Made by a program: the position numbers and the translations under genes. This document shows, in pieces, positions 34,745 to 45,636 of a stretch of DNA of 50,180 nucleotides. The notes beneath the pieces are model-generated. The model was given only the letters and a program-made list of their open reading frames with translations. It did no database searches and had not been told where the DNA came from. Every line of letters starts with the position of its first letter. Within the stretch, counting starts at the first letter, position 1. Where the stretch lies: contig LPNZ01011129.1 in the NCBI GenBank assembly GCA_001655205.1, forward strand, positions 1 to 50,180, written 5' to 3'. Source of the DNA: Lenisia limosa (taxonomy: Eukaryota; Protista; Breviatea).

Positions 34745-37700
34745 ATGTTCAAGCCAGTAGGTTGTCTGTTTCTTCTTGTATTGGTGTCCCTCTCTCTGGT
34801 ATGCGGTAATATTATTAGTTGTTCAATGATTGGTGACGTGGCCTCCTATTGTCAACTGCTTCTCTGTACTGTCTTGACGATTTTATTAATACATCAATAA
34901 ATTTGCAATAAATAAAAGTTGTTAAATTTATAAACTTTTAAATCATAACCAACAATAGCGGTTTTTCTTCCCTGAATGGTTCTAAAATATTGCATAATGG
35001 ACTGATTAGAAGTCCCAATCCACTTTTCCTTTTCCAGGGCAAAGCTCTCTTTCTTTCCGGAACGAACCGGAGTAATTCAAATCGTAGATTATAACTTCAT
35101 TGATCATTGCGTTCCTGGAACTCTTTCTTTATTAATGATTACTCAGGGCTCCATTCTTGACACGTCTACTACCGGCACTATCCAGGTTTGGAGAGGGGGG
35201 AGGGGGGTAAAATTGGAAACTTTTGAAAAAAAAAAGCCCAAAATCAACTTTGTTGGCTGGCAAGACACGAGGGATGAGGACAAATGTGCATATGCTTCAT
35301 GTTACTTTATGTACGTAGTTATGAAAATTAGGGTGAATTAATGCATATCATATGAAAAATATCATAATTTTAGGCATGTATAAACCAGTATCAAAATGGT
35401 TTTGTAGGAAATACGGAAGAGATCGGACATTTGAAAATAACCAATTGACCAAATTCCTTTAGGTTGACTCGCAACAAGTACAGAGCCTTGAAGTTGTTAA
35501 CAGGTAGGGGATTTTGTTATATGCTTTGACAAATCCATCATAGTAATATGATGTATTTTATAGTACTTATGATATCATACATAATTATGTTGTATATTTT
35601 AATACCAACACCTCTGAGCCCTTTAAGTCTCACTCTGAGCCCATCTATCAAGACCGACCTTCTGAGCGAAGTTGTTGCTGAGGTGAGAAGTTGGGCTAAT
35701 TGTGCACTATTCTGTTGAGCCGCTATATGTTTGAGAGAGGAAGGTGACAGGTGTAAGTTTTTTTTGCATCTAGCTGAGATTGCCTTCTTTGAGTAATGAG
35801 AAAGAGAGCGAAACTTGTATTTATATGAATTATATAAGAGAGGGGATTTTTGTTTATTTTCTTCGAAATACTCTCCACAATTTTGAATTAGCATAGCTTT
35901 CAGTGTTTTCATGCACCAGAATGCTGCTCTGAGGGAGACAGTCGAAGTACTAAAGACAACATTGAACAGATTTCACGTGAGTAGGGATTATCAACGCTGT
36001 GGGGGCAAATATATTTTTGAAAAGCCTGGCGGAGGCGTTATACAGTATTTAAGAGTGAAAAATTCGTTCTCAGAGACCTTTCAAACGGAATTCCAGGCAC
36101 ACCCATATCTGCCTCATAATCAGTTCTGAAGAAATATTGAGCATTATCCCCGATTGAATCGTTCTTGGACTTTTCAATTGCTTGTCTTCCTCTCTTCCTT
36201 CTGATGCTTTGAACATGATTCTTGTTCATATTCGTTCATTGTTTGACGGATTTTGAAGCTTGTGTTCAGAATGTATTTTTGTGAATGGTACTTTCTGCTG
36301 AATACTCGAGTTCCAGCGTCATTTTCTCCTTAGCCTTTTGCAGATGATGTTGATAATGAGTGGTCAAGCGATCTTTCTTGAATGATTCTCGAAAAATTTG
36401 CTGAAGGAACTTTACGATCTCTAGTCTTCAGTTTAGTGTTAAGGAATACAAAAGAGTAGCACAAATATGCACAATCTTTTTGGCCCCACAGCGATATTTG
36501 TAAATGCGCTATTTTCCAAGTGAATCCTAATCTAGTATATATTAATATGTGTGTTGTCCTTTTTCTGAGAGCAAAATGAAGCCTTTATACTAATCGGTAA
36601 CAGTATCATCAATAATAGTTGAATCATTCTTAAACGCTTTAATTATTTTCCAACGCCTTACCTTACGCAACCTTCCAGCCATGCCACACATACCTTCCTT
36701 ACGGCTACATTCATGAGACTGGAACCGACTGTATTGTTGCAATCACGACTGATATGACCTACGCTGCTGCCACGTCTCATTGCATCTCTCTCAATGTTAG
36801 CCCTCGAACCACATAGTTTTTCTTTGGCTCAGTCTGTTTTCGTTTTTCCAAGCTGTGCTAATTTGTCAGGGACAATATTTTCATTTTATATGTATTTGGT
36901 GATACCTAAGAGAATTTGAATGTGTCTTCTTCCAGTTGCTTGGCTATTTCACCGGTCCAGGGAACAATGGCTTTCCCCCGCACATCTGCTGAAGCAATTA
37001 CTATACGGTCACTCATGGATGATAGTCTTGGTATGCTCCTTTATATGATATCCATATTGGCTTACAAAGAAAGGTTAATAATATATGCATCAAGAATTTA
37101 TTCTCTACACAAGCACTTACCAAAACAGTTACTTATGAGAACGTCACCAGTCTTCCAATTTACTACTATTTGGGAGCGGATGACTATGTAACTCAGGTGT
37201 GTAGACAAGTTAGGATTGAATGCTATGTGCTACCAGTAACATCAAATCAACTAATACCTTTGAAACTTTATCTTTCTTTCAAGCATAAAAGTCTTCACTC
37301 CCTCAGGGCACCTATGTTACTCAGGAAGGTGACATTTTCTACACTGAAGGAACCACATCATATGGAGCAAAATTTCAAACGGACACTCCCTTGTGGGTCA
37401 TCTATTCTCTGTATCATTTATAGAAAGTAATAGTATGAATGGCTTTGTCGCAACTGGTATTCCTAATTTCTTCTGTGACATTTCAGCTTCAATACAGGCG
37501 AGCCCAATAATGTTCTCGAGAATGTTGTTGCCCTCAGGTTGGCCTTGGGGAGTTAACTTTATGAAATACACGCAAAACCCAAAATCAACTCTGATTGGCT
37601 ATGGGAGCGGTTAATTGCTATCACTAAACTTGAAATTATAATACTTTAACCATTCAGATCAGATGGATTACTGAACGATTACCGAGGGTCGTACGAGTGG

Positions 37701-37824
37701 GCTCCGGTAAATATTACTTTTGGAAATATTGTGAAATGTTATCTCATACACATTACAACCTCAGTTGTGGCATCTCTAATAACGTAGGCGCAAGTTCTTC
37801 TGTAGGTTGCCAATTGTTGTTTAG
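34745..37824 (+). CDS. Secreted C-type lectin domain protein, paralog B (divergently oriented to paralog A)
   Basis: MFKPVGCLFLLVLVSLSL leader. Exons LTLSPSIKTDLLSEVVAE|NAALRETVEVLKTTLNRFH|PCHTYLPYGYIHETGTDCIVAITTDMTYAAATSHCISLN|GTMAFPRTSAEA..|YYYLGADDYVTQ|GTYVTQEG..|FNTGEPNNVLENVVAL|RSDGLLND..|KFFCRLPIVV-TAG. Intron positions are shared with paralog A, and the 55-nt exon 35628-35682 differs from 33548-33602 mostly at synonymous sites. Confidence 0.87.
35191..35279 (-). mobile_element. 5'-truncated R1 repeat, antisense, G-tract end next to a donor in lectin B
   Basis: CAG|GTTTGgagaggggggaggggggtaaaattggaaac..aagcccaaaatcaactttgttggctggcaagacacgaggg. Confidence 0.8.
37547..37603 (-). mobile_element. 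Short 5'-truncated R1 repeat, antisense, next to a donor in lectin B
   Basis: CTCAG|GTTGGccttggggagttaactttatgaaa..aacccaaaatcaactctgattggctatggg. Confidence 0.6.
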
Positions 37825-38813
37825 TTGATATAGTAAAGTATGATGTATTATAAACCATTCTGTGAACATGCCCTGGAGGAAACTATCCTTTTACGTGCTT
37901 GCAATTGCATGATTTGCTTTTCATTGACTGAACTCAGATTTTGTAAATGCAAGCATAACAATTTGTTTTCCAATTATATTAATATATGATAAAATATATC
38001 AGATGATATATTTATATAATATGTGACAAGTGTAAGTCGAGGGAATGGGCCCTGGCTTTTTGAGGAAATTCAAATACAACGCTTAAAGTGACATTACAAT
38101 TGATATTAAGGCCATGACAAAGGTGCCAAATTGCAATTACACCAACTCAAACCATCTTCCATAAGTCGATTGTTTTTATTTATGGTGGTATCTGAAGTGG
38201 TGGTTTGATGGTGGTTAGTCAAGAGTTATTCAAGGGGGTTGCAAGGGGGAGGATGAAATCATATGATAGATAACATAAAATCATAATCTGGAATATGTTG
38301 AATAAAACATCATAAATCATAATCTGGAACATCTAAAACATTGATAAACCACCACAAGTCATAATCGTAAATACATGGAACAAGGGAAGCATTCAAACTA
38401 CCCAAACTGAGTAAAACATGGAATAGGAATCAAAATACAAAGTTCCAGATTCCAGATTTCTCCAAATATCCTGGTTGATGCATGGAGGAGTATAAACGAT
38501 ATAATATACATGTAGTATATCAATATAGCAATGTGAAAAATGAAGGCTGTATCTGGATTATAGTAATATATATTAATTCACCCAATCATTTGCCGTGCCT
38601 CTATACTCCTATTTTGGAGTGAATGTAAATGTAGTTCGCAGGTTCTCAATTTTCACTGTCCTTGCAAACCAGGGAAGAAAAATGAAACAAGATAAAATAA
38701 AGTACTGGATCCACTGATGCGCTCTATCAAAAATATTAATATTGAATCATCAAAACAATACCCTAACATCCACCATCATCAACATCATGACTCTCAAGAA
38801 CTGAAATTAAAAG

Positions 38814-41800
38814 CTACTCAGATGGGATGTCCATCATATATTCTGAGCTCCAATCTCTGTTGAAAACGGACTGGAGATCCTGGGTGGTTAAATGGAATTT
38901 TATGAAAACAAAACCCAGAATAAACTCTATGGCAACTCTGTTTTGCAGCACCGCATCCCCACTCATAAAAATGGATAGTTTATACTGTAAACAAAAACAG
39001 CAAAAAGGAGAAGTATCTGGCGGATGACGATATCGCTCAATTGCCAACAAACCTGTCTGATTTTGGGCATATCAGTCACAAAGGACACGCCCCCAGTTGC
39101 CAGGAAATAGTCTCGACTGTAATGTCAGATAACAAGATAAGACATGGAGAAATCAAGGAGAAATCAAGGGGCAATCATGGGATATGTAACGATGAACAAT
39201 AAAACAAAGGAAGATCTGACATAAGCCATCCACTCTATCACGCTTATCAGAGATGTTGGATCAAAAATTAAAATATTATCACACCACCCAAGAGAGAACG
39301 TTTTCTTCAATTTAGCTGTTGTTACTGGTTGGTGCGATGAAATACGTATCAAATGAGATTAGCAACGATATATACGCCCCTCCACTTGCACTTTTAGAAA
39401 AGATAAAATAATCGACTAACAAGTGCTTGCATCTTGTGCTTCAATCACCCTTCCCACCTCCAGTTACTTGTTCCGATGAACGACTGGCTGTCGGTCACCA
39501 TGTATTTCGCATGGTTCACACGGGTGTGGGGAATCACACTGGGCTCAAGGTGGAATAGTTTAACCTGGGTGGTGGGTGGGGGTGTAAATCACTGTTTTTT
39601 TTTATGAGAAAAGAACACAATCGTGAGGCAAGGGTAAATGAGATAGGTAAAGCAAAAATGGTAATAAAAAAAATTCAGTTACCACAAGTTTACCACCCCA
39701 TCAGTTACACTTAACACTCCCTCCTATAGGGCTTCACTTCGGTTTGAAAAAAGTCTGAATTTCTCGATATATCCTCGAAAACTATCGATATTTTAAAGGT
39801 ATTTTTCGAACCGAAGTTAAGCCCTACTCTTACATCATTTTCACTTATTGCACCACCACCTACATCAACGTTCTGCATGGCGTTAAGCGACCGAAGCATT
39901 GGGAACATGGAATCCTTTTGGGTGTGGTCCCAGTAAGACATCATAAGCCGCACGTGTACGCCACGTCTGTGGTGTCAAACTTCGTTATGATGGATAATAC
40001 CATTAAGTATCGATAATTCCTTAAGGTCCAAAAACAAAACGAAGCCAAAGAAATGCTGAAGTACATCGGTGGTGAAACTCTAAGTTTGAAGACAGACACC
40101 TTACAAAACAAATGAAATGTGATCTGGTTTTACTTCATTTCAAATTTCAATAGACCAGACCTCCCCACTCAAAAGCAGCAACACGAAGAGCATTATCAAT
40201 AACTGGCCAATATACCTGGAAATAGTTAAATCATTCCACATTGATATTGCATATTTTCCCAGAAAACATCCGCATTGCCAAGCCTTTCCGCTCGTATGGT
40301 ATTCAATTATGATAATATGAATTACGATATAGCAATATAAATATTGAATATTAATGTGTATACATATATATGCATATATATATGATGTATTAAATGTACA
40401 CCCCTCCACAGTCCCAAAAAGAGCCCCAAACCTGCTTGCCGTACATAGAGCCTGGGAAGTAGTCCATAACGCTAATACATACAGTTTCCTAATTGGTAAA
40501 TATTACATTGAACAAAGTTGTACTGTGCTTCGCCTTAACAGTGTAAATATGTTATTTTTTGACCATAAAAACGCACTCTAACTTCGTTAATTATTAACAC
40601 ACTTTGGGAATCACGAAAAAAAAAACCTTGATACCCCCTCACATTAGCCTTGTTGATGATGTCAACAATAGCGAGATAGTCATCAGTGCGTTCTAAGCAG
40701 TGAAACCGCATACCATAATATGATAATATACCTATGTATACCAAGATGACAGAAACAGAGGCAATTGGAGAGAAGATAATAGAGGCAATTGGAGAGAAGA
40801 TAATAGAGGCAATTGGAGAGAAGATAAATCGTCCCATCTGTGAGAAACTACCCCCCCAACCAGGAGGGCAGGTGGCTGCAGGACTAGACGTCATGTATAC
40901 ATTGGCCACTTCCTTGGATAGAACGACCTCCGCAGGGTTGTCCAGGTTGAACTTGGTGAAGGTGCTGCGATGGAGTTACAGAATTGAGAGTTAACACGAG
41001 AGGGTAGCGCTTGCTACTAAGCATGGACAGAAGAGAAACAAATGTAAGAAGAAATAAAAAAGACAACGAGTTGAATTTGACTAAAAGTTATTGTTAAGCT
41101 AATCTGTATTTCGGAAAATCTCATTTCAGGCACGAATGTCGAAAATGAAGAATAAATTCTTATTACCAGCACGAGATCTCATCACAATTGTGTTTTAGTG
41201 TTCCATTTTCATCAAATGAAGGAAGACAACCAACTCACCTGGCAGGCCACGACACTGGTGCCTCTGAAATAACTCCCATTTCCCAGTACACCTGAACGAC
41301 GTCAATAGGCCCATTTCCCAGTACACCCCATCTGCACTGCTTTTTCATGCTGAATATGGAATAGAAAAGATTACTATTGGTCACAGAAAAAATGTGAGAA
41401 AACCCGCTTACCATGAAAGTTTTGCGAAGATCATGTGCAAGGAGAGGGCACTTTTGAACAAACATTCCAAGTTCCTTCACCTGAAAAGTTAGAAACTGCC
41501 TCTTCAGCACAATTCATGAATGTGTGACACAAGGTATGATTAAGATACGAAGTTATAACAATATATCCGTGACAATTCTCTCCAACCGCAACCTGCTTTA
41601 ATACATTATATACTATATATATCATACGTATACAATTTCTATATTTCTATCACAACAATCCAACAATCCAATTGTTTAAGACAGTAATAACTACCTAGCC
41701 TTTTGTGAAACTATAAAACATAATAAGAGTTATATGCACCCACACACACACCTGTGATAAAGATCTCCAATCCATATTCGCAGACCCCACGTAGAATGCT

Positions 41801-43548
41801 AGAGAGTTAAAAGATATTTTATCGTTTTGAATAAAAGGAATATCATTGAAATACTCCTTCATTAAGGGGAGCTTTAGGAGACCAGTTCTCTCAGTTTAGA
41901 CAGTTATTCACATTCGACCCACCCTGCTGGTCAGCGATCATGAACTTGGTGTGGAGAATGCCGCTTCCAAAGAGTTTCGTGAAGTCCACTTCGCGGACCA
42001 AAACATTGGACAGCTTTTCGAGCTCGTCGGTATCAAGGTTCTTCATGTCGTTGCTCTTGGGGTTCTGCTGGGGTGAAATTGGGATTGAAGAAAAGATACA
42101 CAAGAGGTTAAAACAAAAACAAAAAGAGGAGCAGAAGGGAGGGGGGGGGTGAAAGGAAGCTAGAACCTCTACAAGCTAAAAACACAAATTGTCATAGCAC
42201 ACAACACCTCCTGAAAATTCCCGCTACTTGTACTTTCCCCTCACCCTGGCAATGCGGACATCTACACCGCGTGCAGCTGCCTTCTTAATTGCTGTCAGGA
42301 CCTCGACACCGTAGTTGTCTTCGGGTTCTGCGTTTGGTCATTTTGTTACCATTAAATTGTGTCATATAGCTATGACTTACATGAGGAATGCATACATGCA
42401 TAAAACAAAGTACTTCATACACACTTTTATAAAACTGATAGCATATAATATTTATGTCTATTCGATTCAGTGGGTATATTAAAAAAAAATATTAGCAGCA
42501 CCCCCCCCCCCTCAATATACCAAGAGGGNNNNNNNNNNNNNNNNNNNNNNNNNNNNNNNNNNNNNNNNNNNNNNNNNNNNNNNNNNNNNNNNNNNNNGAA
42601 GTAAAACGCTGCAATATCCAGAGTCTACAAAGTGATAACAATCAACACTGTCAGAACTAGAAATGATAACTTTGTCTTTCATATACAATATTTTTATTTC
42701 TAAGCAACAAGTTCACCAAAAAATGGTAGAAAAGTCACAGAAGATGGATCAAAAAGAGGAATAAACTGAAGCCCCACCTCCTTAGCTCCGTTGATAAGGT
42801 CCAGCCATCCGTCGCTGGTTCTATACAGGTGAAACTAATAGCGGCTCCAGGTCACAACAGAATGTAAAAAGATACATGGCAATGTATGTTGAAACAATTG
42901 AAAGGTAAGGACAGGCCAAATTATTTACTGCAGTAGAAGCTTCATATTAAACTCCCGGATCAACTCAAGCTCTTGATCATAAGCATACACCCCACCCCCC
43001 CGCCTACCCTCGGTGTGTTTTGGTGAGGTTAACACCAAGCGGGATGGACTCAACAATCTCCCATAATCTAAGATGTTAGTGGCGCTATATCGTATAATTT
43101 GGTGCCAGCGAGACGGAATTGAATGTCTCGGATCTTCGGTCGAAAAAAAATACAGCAAACACAGATTGCAAACACTCATCACAATCATGATCATCACCAA
43201 CCCTTCTTCACAAGTCAGTGCTTCTGTGACCGACGGCCCTCCCTTATCATCCTAAAATGCTTAATAAACACACTAGTCATGAAAATTAGAAACAAATAAA
43301 GGACATCTCTGAGTTATATAACGAGGTATGCACCAAGTGAAAAGACTTACTTTTGTAAAGATGAGGAATCCAATGAAAGTCGCAATAATTAGAAGAATAA
43401 GACCAATTGACACAATTAGCGCTTTGTGCAGTGAAAATAGTGCTAAACAGTAAGAGTTTAACAGACAAAACACCCTACTATTTATCGAAGACCGATTTTC
43501 TCCACCAATTACAGTCAATTGGGGATATTCTGTTTCTCTGTCTGCCAT
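38814..43548 (-). CDS. PLD3: PLD3/PLD4-like phospholipase D-family protein (type II membrane anchor, two HKD motifs)
   Basis: [11 protein letters not shown].., TM segment [22 protein letters not shown], then [22 protein letters not shown]|[103 protein letters not shown] 38814. Colinear with the PLD3 family as recalled. Confidence 0.93.
38880..38964 (-). mobile_element. Internally deleted R1 repeat forming the last acceptor of the PLD3-like gene
   Basis: Minus strand gagtggggatgcggtgctgcaaaacagagttgccatagagtttattctgggttttgttttcataaaattccatttaaccacccAG|GAT CTC CAG. Confidence 0.75.
39729..39824. mobile_element. 96-bp MITE-like element (family M1) in a PLD3-like intron
   Basis: Terminal inverted repeats gggcttcacttcggtttgaaaaa / tttttcgaaccgaagttaagccc, flanked by TA on both sides. 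Confidence 0.75.
40757..40826. repeat. Intronic minisatellite, 24-bp unit x3
   Basis: agaggcaattggagagaagataat in tandem, between the PLD3-like exons CPP|ERTDD. Confidence 0.95.
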
Positions 43549-43749
43549 TATAGAACGCAATTCGTCTTCAAATCGATGTTTAAATATCATAAATTTGGAG
43601 AGTTTAACCCCCAACATCCTTTTCTATAAAACGAAGATTTCTCTAGCTTTTCCTCCTTTTGCAATACTTGGTAAAGAAGAAAAGATTTAAAGATTAGAAG
43701 ATAATAGCGAAAAGAAACGGTTGAAATCACTTGAACATCAGATAATCTT

Positions 43750-45604
43750 GAGCATCAAAATGCCAACGATCTATCAAGTCCCTCAGGCCTTCTCCGTAAG
43801 TTCTTGAACACTAAATGTATAATCAACGTTTCTAACTGGAGTAGTTCAACGAAGAAGGCTTCTTTGGGGAGCTCCAGGCTCGTCTCAGCGGACTAACGGC
43901 CAAGCAAGAGAAGCTGTTGTTAGTTTCTGCTCAGGTGAGTGGAAGAGTATGGAAAAGGTATGGATCTTATTACTTGTGTTCATTGAGTTTTCCTGGATAT
44001 TGATACTTGTTTCTCACCGTTACTATTGACAATATTGTGGGTTGATTCTTTCCCTCTCCAGGCAGTCAAAGAATGTCAAGCAGAGAAAGCTGCCATGCAT
44101 AATGAACAGAACAGTGAGGGGTGTAGAAATTATATGGCTGAAGTGTGCTTTTCTTTTACGTATCATATATCTCCCCAAAATTTTACCGTTTAGAAGCGCG
44201 AGAGGCCTGGGGTCCAAATGAAACTGAAGAAGCTCTTCGGTATATGGACATATTAGTTAACAATTTGGCAGACCTCATGATTGTGATATAAGCTGTATTT
44301 CATCTTTTATCGGAAAAAAATAAAATGTGATAATCGATTTTGATCCGAACCCAATTTTGTAAAAAAAAAAAAAAAAATAACTTTAAATCGTTGCATATTG
44401 AGTCCCTCAATTACCATAAAATTAAAATTGAAATATTGGAGACTGTAAAGATGCCCTTTGGCTTGATTAAGCTCCGAATTGACTCTGCAGAAACCTTGAA
44501 TCCATGACCATCGGCTGTTCTATTCTCAGGGGGGCCAGGAGAGACAGAATACCGAGCTTGAGCCACGNNNNNNNNNNNNNNNNNNNNNNNNNNNNNNNNN
44601 NNNNNNNNNNNNNNNNNNNNNNNNNNNNNNNNNNNNNNNNNNNNNNNNNNNNNNNNNNNNNNNNNNNNNNNNNNNNNNNNNNAATATTTCATTCCTCTCC
44701 TTCTGATTATGCGTACATATCTTTTCAGTCCAACGTAATAAATCCTGCATGTTTATGATTGCAGGTACATCCCTTCCGGCCAATACGACCAAAAAGAGAC
44801 TGAAGAGTCGGGTTCAGAATCCGGGGATTCTCCCTCAGTTCCATCTCTTCCTCTTGACAAGGTCCAAAGTGGGGGGTTTTTTTACACTGTTATATCACAC
44901 ATATGATATAGAGCTGTGTGTACATAGTTGTAAGGCAAATGACTAGGTGAATACTAATATTGCACTCCTGGTGGTTTCAATGGAAAGAAAAAGACTGGTA
45001 CAAGACATATCCATTGTGATATTTACTCTGCACAGGTCCCAGTGAGGAAGAGGAGTTGAAGGCAGATGAGGAAGTCGCAGCCACATACAAGGTGTGATCA
45101 GGGATCTTAGCACTATGGCGAGCATACACATTAAACATATAAATATGATATAGCTATACATATCATATTGTATCGATCAAGTGTCGAGAAACATTCAGCC
45201 ATCATGATGACAGGGGTCAGCGATATATAATCCAAACCTTTGTAGGCGTGGTTGAGCCAACGCTCAAGTGACGCACAGGACAGTCCGAACAGATCCGATA
45301 GCACTGTGCCACGAGTTAGGGAAGCGTAGGAGGGGGCGGGGTCTTTGTACACTTTTCACACCGTGCATATCGTATATGTCTTGTATTAAGTCGATTTTTC
45401 TCAAGGAAAATATGATTATGTCGGTCAAGGCTTACCTCGGTCACTGCTTAAATACGTGTAGTATTTTTTTTCTTATGTGTTAGTGAGGACAGCTTCATCC
45501 AGATATTATTTTCGTTGTTATATTTCCCATTCTACCCCTACCCCAGAACAGATAACTACTCTTTCAAGCTTGATGACGTGAACGTCTTTTGTTACATTTC
45601 TCAT
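43750..45604 (-). CDS. Hypothetical multi-exon protein (partly in gap 44568-44682; start uncertain)
   Basis: Exon-like blocks with branch/acceptor signals: CYRICSDCPVRHLSVGSTTPTK (~45235-45300), IPDHTLYVAATSSSAFNSSSSLGPVQ (~45025-45105), ARYSVSPGPPENRTADG (~44510-44560), SAETSLELPKEAFFVELLQ (~43835-43895). Phasing is only partly resolved. Confidence 0.45.
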
Positions 45605-45636
45605 TCATCACTTCACTTGGCATTAACTCAATTAGA

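Noticed and set aside
33533-35697. ~75-bp inverted repeat 2.1 kb apart, resembling transposon TIRs
   Set aside because: It is a 55-nt exon plus splice sites shared by the two divergent lectin paralogs; the differences are mainly synonymous.
40535-40994. ORFs with IIFSPIAS / EAIGEKII repeats
   Set aside because: They arise from the 24-bp intronic minisatellite; the PLD3-like exons on either side join in phase without it.
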